Shown in pieces: positions 42,194 to 51,601 of a stretch of 64,000 nt of DNA. A program made the translations under genes and the position numbers. This DNA comes from an uncultured Armatimonadetes bacterium (GTDB lineage Bacteria > Armatimonadota > UBA5829 > DTJY01), in the NCBI GenBank assembly GCA_963717145.1, contig OY970325.1, positions 2,240,001-2,304,000 of the forward strand. The letters are read 5' to 3'. Positions within the stretch are counted from its first letter, which is position 1, and each line of letters starts with the position of its first letter. The notes below the pieces were generated by a model, which ran no database searches, had not been told where the DNA came from, and saw nothing but the letters and a program-made list of their open reading frames with translations.

Positions 42194-42628
42194 CTACTTG
42201 GGTTTTGCCAGCATCTTGCCGAGCTTCGCGAGATCGGCCTTGCTGATATCGCCCTTGGCCCCGCACAGATCCGGGATCGCCTCGTGCAAGGGCTTCCTGA
42301 GCACCTGCTTCGAGACCTCGTTCAGCAGAGCCGCGCCCATCTGTTCGCGAGACATATTCGCGGTGTAGATGAACGGGTCAGTCTTCTTGTCCCCGGTCCG
42401 CTTCTGAGTCAGAATGCCCTTTCGAGCAAGCTTCGCCATCGTCAGCATGATCGTGGAGTATGAGAGCTCCCGACGAGGATACATGATCTTGAAGACCTGC
42501 GTCGTACTGACCGGCGGATCCAGGTCCCAAATGATGTCCAGAATCTGAGCTTCCAACTCCCCTAGAGACTGGCCATCTAGACTTCTCCGAATACCCACGT
42601 AATCTCTAGCGCCGTCCTTGGAATCCAT
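42194..42628 (-). CDS. BlaI/MecI/CopY family transcriptional regulator
   Basis: LGELEAQILDIIW, LSYSTIMLTMAKLARKGIL. Confidence 0.88.
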   Translation of the reverse strand: MDSKDGARDYVGIRRSLDGQSLGELEAQILDIIWDLDPPVSTTQVFKIMYPRRELSYSTIMLTMAKLARKGILTQKRTGDKKTDPFIYTANMSREQMGAALLNEVSKQVLRKPLHEAIPDLCGAKGDISKADLAKLGKMLAKPK

Positions 42629-42795
42629 GTTACATTGCCCCCTTTCAGCCAAACTACTATAGATGCCCCCAAGCCCTGCGGCTAGCGGGCAGTCACATAC
42701 TACAATAGCTCTTGCGAGCTTGTCAATGGTTTTCTCACAATCGGCTAGAAGATTTCACACACATTTCAATTTTTCAACCCCGCGTCTTCAAATCC

Positions 42796-43950
42796 TTACC
42801 AGTTATAACATGAATCGGCTCTTATCCAGGACTCTGAATCCGAAGATCTGACCGCCGCGTCCAAAACCTCCTGAACCTTCAGTCCATCATAGATGCTGGG
42901 GGACGACTGCCGATCGTTGGCGACATTGTCCACGAAGTCGTGGATGCTGGCGATATGATAGCGCATCCAGCCGACGGTGAGCTTCGGGCCGGGAAGAGCC
43001 GCCGGTTTGGGGTACTGATGGGCGCACTCGATCCGCTTGAATCCCCTGTCGCCACCGTATGCCCCGCCCTGCAGAGTGGCGTCATAGAAGTCGAGCCAGT
43101 TGGGATCCATCGAATTGAAGCGAAACGCGCCCTTTTCGCCATGCGCCTCGAACCGGATCTCGTCCATGGCGCCGGTGGATAGCCGGGATGCCTCCACTGT
43201 GCCGACGGCGCCTGATTCGAGCCGAGCCTGCATCCAGAAGACGTCATCGACCTCGACGGGCGCACGCTCGGACGCTCCGGCGCTGACGGGGCGCTCCTTA
43301 ACAAAGGTTTCCATCGTGGAGAAGACCGACTCGAAGTCGCCGAGCAGGTAGCGAACCAGGTCGATCACGTGCGAGCCCAGGTCGAATGCCGCTCCTCCGC
43401 CTCCCCTGGCCTTGTCGAGCCGCCAGGACATCGGCCGGTCGGGATCGATATAGCTGGAATGCAAGTAGGCGACGCGGAACTGGAATATTCGGCCGAGCGC
43501 TCCCGATTCCATAAGCTGTTTGGCGCGCAGAATGGCGGGGATGAACCGGTAGTTGAAGGTCATCTGATGGATCGTGGGCGCATCCTTCGCGACCTCCCAT
43601 ATCTCGCGCGCTTCCCTGAGGTTGAGACAGAGCGGCTTGTCGCAGTAGACGTGCTTGCCGGCCTTCAGGGCATCGATCACCTGGTCGTGGTGCAGGTGGT
43701 TCGGCGTGCAGATATCGATGAGGTGAATGTCGTCCCTCGCCAGGAGGTCGTGGTAGTCGCGGGTGGCGAACTCGTAGCCGGCCTGGTCGATCGCCTTGCG
43801 GCCGCTCTCCTCGGAGGCAGTGGCTACTCCGACGAGCCTGATCTTCGCGGGGGGTGGATCGTAGATCATGGGCAGGCTCTGGTACGAGTAGGTGTGTACC
43901 TTGCCCATGAAGCCGTAGCCGATCATTCCAACGCCGAGTTCACCGTTCAC
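42796..43950 (-). CDS. Gfo/Idh/MocA family oxidoreductase
   Basis: IGYGFMG, ICTPNHLH, GKHVYCDKP, DLGSHVID. Confidence 0.93.
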   Translation of the reverse strand: MNGELGVGMIGYGFMGKVHTYSYQSLPMIYDPPPAKIRLVGVATASEESGRKAIDQAGYEFATRDYHDLLARDDIHLIDICTPNHLHHDQVIDALKAGKHVYCDKPLCLNLREAREIWEVAKDAPTIHQMTFNYRFIPAILRAKQLMESGALGRIFQFRVAYLHSSYIDPDRPMSWRLDKARGGGGAAFDLGSHVIDLVRYLLGDFESVFSTMETFVKERPVSAGASERAPVEVDDVFWMQARLESGAVGTVEASRLSTGAMDEIRFEAHGEKGAFRFNSMDPNWLDFYDATLQGGAYGGDRGFKRIECAHQYPKPAALPGPKLTVGWMRYHIASIHDFVDNVANDRQSSPSIYDGLKVQEVLDAAVRSSDSESWIRADSCYNW

Positions 43951-43960
43951 TGTTCACCGT

Positions 43961-44392
43961 TCACTTGAACTTCACCGGGATGCGCACGAGGTCGATCACC
44001 GAGCCGTCCTTCGCCGAGTGGGTAAACACCTCGACGAATCCCTTATCGACGCCGACCGGCTTCGTGAAGCTCATCTTGGCGTCGAATGTCCCGAATGCCG
44101 GCGCGCCCTCGGAGGTCATGAAAAACGTCTTTCCCAGTTCTTTGTCGTCTTCCGATACGACCCGTGCGTTCATCGCCGCCTCGAAGACCCGTGCGCGGCC
44201 TTTGAGGGTGACCGGACTCGTGATCTCCGTGTCGGGCCGGGGCTCCGTGACTATGACGTTGCCGGACTTCGACGTCGACTCGATTGGCTTCGACTCGATC
44301 GTCGTCGTCTCCTCTTTCTTCGGGCAGCCGGTGAGAAGTACGAGGCACAGCACGGCGGCGACCACTGCGAGGTAGCAGGTTCTTGTTCTCAT
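43961..44392 (-). CDS. Lipoprotein with Gmad2-type Ig-like domain
   Basis: GGAGGT RBS; LLTGC lipobox; SPVTLKGRARVFEA, SAKDGS. Confidence 0.8.
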   Translation of the reverse strand: MRTRTCYLAVVAAVLCLVLLTGCPKKEETTTIESKPIESTSKSGNVIVTEPRPDTEITSPVTLKGRARVFEAAMNARVVSEDDKELGKTFFMTSEGAPAFGTFDAKMSFTKPVGVDKGFVEVFTHSAKDGSVIDLVRIPVKFK

Positions 44393-44432
44393 CTCAGGAC
44401 ACCTCCAACAGCGTTGTACCGCCACACACTTG

Positions 44433-44519
44433 CCAGGAAACCTCCGTAGGGGCGATCCTTCAACGGTCGCCCGTCCGGCGGGCGACCGTTGAAGGATCGC
44501 CCCTACGGAGGTTTCCTGG
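44433..44519. repeat. GTAG-type REP doublet (REPIN)
   Basis: CCGTAGGGGCGATCCTTCAACGGTCGCCCG and complement, perfect arms. Confidence 0.92.
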
Positions 44520-44520
44520 G

Positions 44521-47500
44521 TCACACGTCGCTCAGCTTGACCGAGACCAGCTTCGAGACACCCGGTTCCTGCATCGTCACGCCATAAAGTATGTCCGCCG
44601 CTTCCATGGTCGCCTTGTTGTGCGTGATGACGATCATCTGCGAGCGCTCGGCGAACTCCTTGATCACATCAGCAAATCGTTCGACATTCGCCTCGTCCAA
44701 AGGCGCATCCACCTCATCGAGCAGGCAGAATGGGCTCGGACGGATCGCCAGCAGCGCGAACATCAATGCGGAGGCGGTCAGCGCCCTCTCGCCGCCGGAG
44801 AGGAGATCGAGGTTCTGCTTCTTCTTGTTCGGAAGCTGCACGGTGACATCGATGCCGGACTCCAGGACGTCATTGGGATCGGTCAGAGTCAGCTCGGTCG
44901 TGCCGCCACCGAACATCCGCTGGAACATGACGTTGAAGGCATCCCCGACCTTGTCGAAGGTCTCCATAAAGATGCCGCGCGTGCTCTCATCGATCTCACG
45001 AATGGCGTCGGCGAGCTTCTGCTTGGCATCGAGCAAGTCCTGACGCTGTACGCTCAGAAACTCGAAGCGCTCCGTAAGCCGGGCATACTCCTGCACCGCG
45101 CCGGTATTGACTTCACCCATCGACTTGATCTCACGGCGGAGTCTCATCACCTCGGTCGCCGATCCGTGTGTGACCTCAGGCGGCTGGCGATGGAGCGCAT
45201 CGTCGGCGGTGATATCGTATTCGTCGAGCAGGCGCGCGGTGGCTTGAGCAATCTGGACATCCAGCCGTGCCTCGCGCAGTTCCGCCGCGTGGATCTTCTG
45301 CACCAGTCCCTCGCGGTTTCGGGCGATCTCCTTCACTCGCTGGCCGACGTCCATGCTGGAGTCGAGCACGGCCTTCTTGGTCTTCCGCCACTGATCCGCC
45401 AACGTGCCGGTCTCGTCGCAGCAGTTGTGCATCTGCTCCAGGGACGATTCGAGTTCGACTCGCTCCTTCTCCGTCGATTCCATCTCCTGCTCGACGTTCC
45501 CGATGCGCTCTCGCTTGCGGTAGATCTCCTGGGTCAGATCCTTGATCGAGTCGTCGGACGTATCGAGCGTCTGCTCGATGGAGAGCCGCTTCTGAGTGAG
45601 AGTCGCCTGGACGACGTTGATCCGGCTGATCTCGGCGTTGGCAGCGTCGTATTGCTCCTCCAGCCGTCGGATCTCCTGCTGCTCGCTCGCCATGACATCA
45701 TCGAGGCTGACGTTCTCTTTGTCGGCGGACTCGACCGCGGACCTGAGTTGCGCCTCGGTCTCGCGGGTCTTGCATAGGTTGTTCTCGATGTCGTCGCGTT
45801 CGATGGTGATGGTCTCGAACTCCCCGGTGAGCCGTTTCGACTCGCGGTCGGCGAAGTCGAGTCGGCGCTCGGCCTCCAGAAGCCGCATCTTGAGGCGGGT
45901 GTCCTCTTCATCGAGAGCGGCATGCTTCACATCGAGGGTCTCGCACGCCTTGCGCAGGGATTCGAGGCTCTTCGCGAGGTCGGCGGCTTTGCTCTGGTGA
46001 TCCTTGACCTGGGATTCGAGGCGACCGATCTCCTGCTTTCGGCCGAGGAGGTGGACTCCCTTCCCGGGCGCGGCGCCTCCGGTCATCGCGCCACTCGGTG
46101 AGACGACTTCGCCGTCGAGCGTCACGATCTTCCCCCACCCGATCGCCGCTTTCGACGCCGTGAGGGCCGAGTCGATATCCTTCGCTACGAGGACCTTCGC
46201 CAGGAGGGCGTCGATCGCCGGGCGGTACTTCGAGTCGAACTTGACGAGTTCGTTGCCGAGCCCGAGGACGCCGTTCTTCCCGACCAACTCCTTCAGGTGC
46301 GGGGAGACGCTGTGGCGCATGAGGTTGAGCGGCAGGAAGGTCGCGCGCCCGGCCCTGTTTCGCTTCAGGAACTCGATGCCGGCCTTGGCCTCGCGCTCGG
46401 AATCGGTGATGATGTCCTGGAGGCTGCCCCCGAGCGCGACCTCGAACGCGGTCTCGTAGCCCGAGGGGACCTCGATCACATCGGCGACGACGGCGTAGTG
46501 CCCCTTGATCTCGCCCGACTTCGCGGCGGCCATCGCCGACCGGACACCCTGGAAATATCCCTCGCGCGCTTCCTCCATCTCGTGGAGCGTGCGCAGCCGG
46601 GACTGCTTCTCGACAAGCGTGCGGTTGATCTGGGCGAACTCATCAGTAAACTCGGCGAGTTCCCTGCGCTTCAACTCGGTCTCCGCGCGGATCGATGTTA
46701 TCTCGGCGGCAGTCGTCTCGGCTTTCCCGCGAGTCTCCTCCTGGTCGGCGGCGATCTTCTCGCGCTCGGAGGTCGCTTGAGAGAGCGCGGTCTCAGCCTC
46801 CTTGACCTCCCCTACGCGCTTGGAGAGGAGAAGTTGCAGGTTTTCGATCCGGCCGGCGCTGTTGACAAGCTCGTTCCGCTGGGCGGCGAGCTGCTTGGCC
46901 AGCTCGATGTAATCCGTCTTGTGGTCGTCGATCGCCTTCGAGGCTTCGTCGATCTTGCGCTGGAGGCCCTCAAGCTCAACGGTCTTCGCCGCGAGTTGTT
47001 CTGTGAGACTCGCCTCCTGCCCGATGACATCGAGGTCCTCCGCCGAGAGGTTGACCTTCTGCTCCTCGGCCTGGATGATGCGCGCCCCGAGCTGCTCGAT
47101 CTCCTGGTTGAGCAACCCGTGAGCATTCACGGCGGCGGTGTGCCGCTGTTTCGCGAGCGCGAGTTGGCTCTCGGTCCGTTCGAGGCGGGTTAGCGACTCC
47201 TGGTGCATCGCCTGGTAGCGCTCCACCTGGGCGTCGGCGTTGGCGAGATCGACCGCGAGGGCCGACTTCTCCTCCTCCAGGGCCGCGAGGAGCGCGTCCG
47301 CGTCGGTGACTTCCTTGTCGTTCTCGGCGTTCTCGTAACGCGCGTGCTCGATCTCGGCCGAGAAACGCTGGAGGTCGTTCACCAGGATGCCGATCTCGAT
47401 CTCGCTCAATCTGGAGGTCAGCTCGAGGTAACGCGCGGCGACCTCGGCCTGCTCCCTCATCGGCTCGATCTCGGTCTCGATCTCGTTGACGATGTCGTTC

Positions 47501-48072
47501 ACGCGGTTGAGGTTCTGCTCGGTGGATTCGAGCTTGCGGACTGCCTCCCGCTTGCGGACCCGGTACTTCTTGATCCCGGCGGCCTCGTCGAAGAGCGCGC
47601 GGCGGTCCTCCGGGTTGGCGGAGAGCATCGCGTCGATCTCGCCCTGGCTGACGATCGAGTACGCGCCCCGACCTACGCCGGTGTCGAGGAACAGCTCATA
47701 GATATCCTTCAGGCGGCAGGCGGTCTTGTTGATGAAGAACTCGCTCTCGCCGCTTCGGAACGCGCGCCGGGTGACGGTGACTTCGGCGAAATTGATGGGG
47801 AGCTTGCCGCTGGTGTTGTCGACTGTGAGGGAGACCTCGGCCATCCCGACCGCGCGGCGCTTGTCGGTGCCGTTGAAGATGACGTCCTGGGCCTTCTCGC
47901 CGCGGATGTTGCGGACGTTCTGCTCGCCGAGTACCCAGAGGAGGGCGTCGGAGATGTTGCTCTTGCCGCTCCCGTTCGGACCGACAACGGCGATGACGCC
48001 GGGCGAGAAGCTTACTTCGGTGCGCTCTGCGAAGCTCTTGAAACCCTGAATTTCCAGCTTTTTGAGGATCAT
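44521..48072 (-). CDS. smc: Chromosome segregation protein SMC
   Basis: GFKSF, GPNGSGKSN, hinge GRATFLPL, LSGGE, LDEVDAPLD. Confidence 0.98.
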   Translation of the reverse strand: MILKKLEIQGFKSFAERTEVSFSPGVIAVVGPNGSGKSNISDALLWVLGEQNVRNIRGEKAQDVIFNGTDKRRAVGMAEVSLTVDNTSGKLPINFAEVTVTRRAFRSGESEFFINKTACRLKDIYELFLDTGVGRGAYSIVSQGEIDAMLSANPEDRRALFDEAAGIKKYRVRKREAVRKLESTEQNLNRVNDIVNEIETEIEPMREQAEVAARYLELTSRLSEIEIGILVNDLQRFSAEIEHARYENAENDKEVTDADALLAALEEEKSALAVDLANADAQVERYQAMHQESLTRLERTESQLALAKQRHTAAVNAHGLLNQEIEQLGARIIQAEEQKVNLSAEDLDVIGQEASLTEQLAAKTVELEGLQRKIDEASKAIDDHKTDYIELAKQLAAQRNELVNSAGRIENLQLLLSKRVGEVKEAETALSQATSEREKIAADQEETRGKAETTAAEITSIRAETELKRRELAEFTDEFAQINRTLVEKQSRLRTLHEMEEAREGYFQGVRSAMAAAKSGEIKGHYAVVADVIEVPSGYETAFEVALGGSLQDIITDSEREAKAGIEFLKRNRAGRATFLPLNLMRHSVSPHLKELVGKNGVLGLGNELVKFDSKYRPAIDALLAKVLVAKDIDSALTASKAAIGWGKIVTLDGEVVSPSGAMTGGAAPGKGVHLLGRKQEIGRLESQVKDHQSKAADLAKSLESLRKACETLDVKHAALDEEDTRLKMRLLEAERRLDFADRESKRLTGEFETITIERDDIENNLCKTRETEAQLRSAVESADKENVSLDDVMASEQQEIRRLEEQYDAANAEISRINVVQATLTQKRLSIEQTLDTSDDSIKDLTQEIYRKRERIGNVEQEMESTEKERVELESSLEQMHNCCDETGTLADQWRKTKKAVLDSSMDVGQRVKEIARNREGLVQKIHAAELREARLDVQIAQATARLLDEYDITADDALHRQPPEVTHGSATEVMRLRREIKSMGEVNTGAVQEYARLTERFEFLSVQRQDLLDAKQKLADAIREIDESTRGIFMETFDKVGDAFNVMFQRMFGGGTTELTLTDPNDVLESGIDVTVQLPNKKKQNLDLLSGGERALTASALMFALLAIRPSPFCLLDEVDAPLDEANVERFADVIKEFAERSQMIVITHNKATMEAADILYGVTMQEPGVSKLVSVKLSDV

Positions 48073-48267
48073 ATCGGGAATTCGCCGGTGTGAAATAAGG
48101 GATAGGGAAAGGCGCAGGTCGCCCGCTCAAACGTTACCACACGCCGGGAGCCAGTGTCAATCCTAGTTAGGGAGGAGTTTCCAGAGGTACCCTGTTGTAC
48201 GGCCGAATGAAGAAGCATGCCCAAGACTGCTCAATGGGCGAGCAACATGGTCTGTGCTCGATCGCAC

Positions 48268-49485
48268 TTAACCGTGCATGGAGAGCTGACGCTTGACCCA
48301 CTCTGCCTTCTTACCGAAGGCCTCGTGCCCTTTTATGATCTGGCAATGGGCGACCATCGCGCGGGACTCAGGCGCGGGCTCGGAGATCTTCATGATCCTG
48401 GCACGGACGTCATCGTCATCGAGAGGAAGCCCATTGAGACGAAGGAGCTTCAGGATTCTGCCGCGAGCTACGTTGTCTTCTGTAGCAATCGTGAAGGCAA
48501 TACCACCACGGCTCAGATCCAACACGTCAGTTTCTCGCCCCCTTCTAGATGACAATCTCTCGGCTCGTTGAAAATCGACAGTCACAGATTGATCGCCAGG
48601 GATGACGTAGCGCGGTTCCCGTCTCGGCGGGTGCAGCGTGACACTGCCGACTGAACAGACCAACAACTTCTCTCCAAAAAGTACTGGGACAACGTCCGTC
48701 ACGTCCGCCGTCAGATAGACCGGTATTCCCTTGCGCGAAGCCCATGCTAAGCACAGATGCTCTTGACCCCCGGCAACACAAGGATGGTAGCCCGGTGGTG
48801 GGTGGCCGTGGGAGACGATTGATCGCATGGCCCGTACCGAGTCCTCGTGTTCGTCTGCAGTTCTGCCCTTCAACTCACTAAGCTCCGAAGCGTCCCTTTC
48901 GAGAGCTTCCACAAGTCTGCTTCTGAGTTTCGGGTCCTCCTTGAGCTTCCGAGCCAAGGAACAAGGTTGCCCGTCACCGTAGTAACAAGGTTGGTTTCCA
49001 GTGTGATTGCCCGGCACTCGCTCCAATATCACAAGTTGGTCCACAAGCCTCTTAATGTACGCAAAAATGCTGTTGACGGCATCATCCAAAGCCGCATTGA
49101 CATTAGCGCTGCTAACTCTTGGATTACGCGCCTCAATCAGCCTGCGCACGCGTCTACTGATAGCATTATATAGCCTATTGTCATCCTCAGACACAGACAG
49201 AGAGCCCTCTCGGGATCTGGTCCTGATCCCGTCGAATCTCGACTGTAGCACATCGTGTTTGGTGTTCAGATACTGATGCAAAGCAATCTTCGCACAACTC
49301 AATGGGAATAGCTGCATGCTCGACAACTCTGACTGCCCGTTTCCTACGCCGAATCCCTCTCTCACTTGGGACCTGTCAGCCAGAGGAGCCAGCCCGCCGA
49401 GAAGTCCCGCAAAATCCACGACATAACCAACCGCCTCTTGCGCCGACTGTAAGTCTTCCTCCCGCTCCATCTTATCCTCCTGCAT
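48268..49485 (-). CDS. Hypothetical protein with C-terminal PilZ domain
   Basis: RREPR (RxxxR) and DLSRGG (DxSxxG). Confidence 0.65.
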   Translation of the reverse strand: MQEDKMEREEDLQSAQEAVGYVVDFAGLLGGLAPLADRSQVREGFGVGNGQSELSSMQLFPLSCAKIALHQYLNTKHDVLQSRFDGIRTRSREGSLSVSEDDNRLYNAISRRVRRLIEARNPRVSSANVNAALDDAVNSIFAYIKRLVDQLVILERVPGNHTGNQPCYYGDGQPCSLARKLKEDPKLRSRLVEALERDASELSELKGRTADEHEDSVRAMRSIVSHGHPPPGYHPCVAGGQEHLCLAWASRKGIPVYLTADVTDVVPVLFGEKLLVCSVGSVTLHPPRREPRYVIPGDQSVTVDFQRAERLSSRRGRETDVLDLSRGGIAFTIATEDNVARGRILKLLRLNGLPLDDDDVRARIMKISEPAPESRAMVAHCQIIKGHEAFGKKAEWVKRQLSMHG

Positions 49486-49505
49486 CGTCCACCACGAGTC
49501 GGGTA

Positions 49506-51176
49506 CTAGATGTCTGATATGTTCTGGTAGAGCGCCTTAAACGCCTGATTCACCGCAGTCTGGTCAACAAGGTCCGGCCACCGGTTGAACACCTCCGCAG
49601 TCTTAGCCAACGCAGTCCCGATCCCTTGGATACGGTCCTCCGGAAGTCCGGGGCCGGACAGAACCTGGTCGATGGTGCATGCTGCCAAACCACAGCGACC
49701 AGCTAGTTGCGCTGCGGCCTCGGCTAGGCTCTTCTCGTGGGCTGACGGTCGGCTGAGAAACTGACACATGCGCTGTATTATGGACCTCAAGTGCTGGCGT
49801 CGCGCTTCCTCGTTATGTCCCAGTTCTATGGCCTTACCCGCAGCCCAAATGGTATCTCTGAGATCGTTGGTATAGGCTGGAATACAGACTTGTCGAATAG
49901 CTTCAGTAGCTAGGTTCACGCTTTTCTCTAGTGTTTCCGCTGCCTTGCAGAGAAAACGATCTCGTGTTTCCATACGTTCAGGCTCATCGTCTGACCCATC
50001 ACAGGAAACATCATAGACTCCTGCGCTATCGCTGCTTCCGACTATCACACGGCAGTACCTGCTCGCCTGTCTTCCCATGGCCCTGCTCTCATCCCATCGT
50101 GAGTTAAGCTCGATGAGGTCACTGGAGAGTATCGCCCTCACTCGTCCGCTTCCCGACGCTACCATACCAGAGGCTGTGAGAGCGCTAATCTGCCGTTGCA
50201 GTCCCCCGCCGTCAAAACTTACGGCTGCGCGACTGACTGCAGAACCGAATCTCTTGCTGTACCAGCCGACGGGCGAAACAGAGCCTGCATCCCGACTTCC
50301 ATTTCGACCGAAGGCGAGTACCCCCACGTTCATCCAGACTCCGGCCTCCTCAGGCATGGCGATACGCTGCCAGTGTAACCACTGGCGTGCCACCAGATCG
50401 TACATTGAGCGGTCTGGGTCAGCATGTCTAACGAGGAGACGGTGCAACTGCTCAATCTGACTAGCAAGCTTCACCTCGTCCAAGCCCCGAAATCGCCCTA
50501 GTTGTGTCCTGAGTAGTTCGCAGATGGCTCCTGCCACGTCTAGCGTAAGAAGAGGGACATCGCCCAACAAGGAGAACCACCGCTTGAAGTCCATTCGGAG
50601 ACTGCTGCCAAGAGCCATTACATGAAGGAAGTCAATATGAGGCGGCGCGAACTGCCCCCCAACGAAAGTACCAATTGCATGCCCGTGTTTGTCGTAAAGA
50701 GGCAGTTGATAGTCTATAAGCCCCGCGTGGCACGTATATACGGCAGAGCCCGCATCGCGAACCATTGAAGCATGCCACGTATCGCAATCCCAGCAGCTAT
50801 CCGCACCCACGTCGTTCCAGCGCACACACTTGCAGAATGGGCTCAAATCCTCCCACTCACTTGCATGGAACTCTCTCGGAGCGTGACAACCAATGAACCC
50901 GCACGCTCCGCCACCGAGTGTTCTTGGCATCTCCTCGAAAGCGCTCAATACATTTCGGCGAGTCTTTCTCGGCAGCACGCTTTCAAAAAGTGAACTTTCA
51001 GCAATGAGTCCCTGCGGCCGTGCCGCGCAGCCACGGGCCGGCCTTGGGTGACCTCCATCCTCTTGTATCTTACCGATCTCCTCCTTGCTGTGCGCGATCA
51101 CCTCGCCTAACCCGCCTCTCTCCACTCGCATCGCTCTAACCCCCTCAGGTGATAGGTGTTCCGCCATAGGAGACAA
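49506..51176 (-). CDS. PocR ligand-binding domain protein
   Basis: FCKCVR..CWDCD..YTCHAGLID..P....G.FVGGQF; start uncertain; upstream TTGACG-17-TACACT. Confidence 0.7.
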   Translation of the reverse strand: MSPMAEHLSPEGVRAMRVERGGLGEVIAHSKEEIGKIQEDGGHPRPARGCAARPQGLIAESSLFESVLPRKTRRNVLSAFEEMPRTLGGGACGFIGCHAPREFHASEWEDLSPFCKCVRWNDVGADSCWDCDTWHASMVRDAGSAVYTCHAGLIDYQLPLYDKHGHAIGTFVGGQFAPPHIDFLHVMALGSSLRMDFKRWFSLLGDVPLLTLDVAGAICELLRTQLGRFRGLDEVKLASQIEQLHRLLVRHADPDRSMYDLVARQWLHWQRIAMPEEAGVWMNVGVLAFGRNGSRDAGSVSPVGWYSKRFGSAVSRAAVSFDGGGLQRQISALTASGMVASGSGRVRAILSSDLIELNSRWDESRAMGRQASRYCRVIVGSSDSAGVYDVSCDGSDDEPERMETRDRFLCKAAETLEKSVNLATEAIRQVCIPAYTNDLRDTIWAAGKAIELGHNEEARRQHLRSIIQRMCQFLSRPSAHEKSLAEAAAQLAGRCGLAACTIDQVLSGPGLPEDRIQGIGTALAKTAEVFNRWPDLVDQTAVNQAFKALYQNISDI

Positions 51177-51601
51177 CTCATGATTGGGCTGTTATCTGCG
51201 TTAGCCCCGAGATATACTGCCAGATTTGTTCAACGTATCCTTGGGCTGGCAATGGCAGCGCTAGTGTAACACGCCGCCTTGCGGACGTCAAGTATCAGAT
51301 TGCCTGGCATCGAATTGTCTTGTTAGCTGCCCTGCAACCTACCATCTTGCACCAAGACCCCTAGTCTCCGACTGATACCCGGAATGGGGCAAAGGACGAA
51401 TGTGCATCCCTATGAGCTTGCACACCCTGTATATTACCCCAAGACCGCGATTTCCATCAAGTGCGTGTGAACTCGGTAGAGGCACGGTGTCTGCAATGTG
51501 GTCTCCGCTCTGCGCCGTTCCAGTCGCCGATGGTCCTTTCGGAGCGAGGAGAATGTTTTCAGCAGGGGCATGAGGCTGCGCGGGGCGTCAGATACACGCT
51601 C

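Noticed and set aside
48130-51480. Prophage or defence island
   Set aside because: No integrase, att repeat, nuclease or known defence motif recognised
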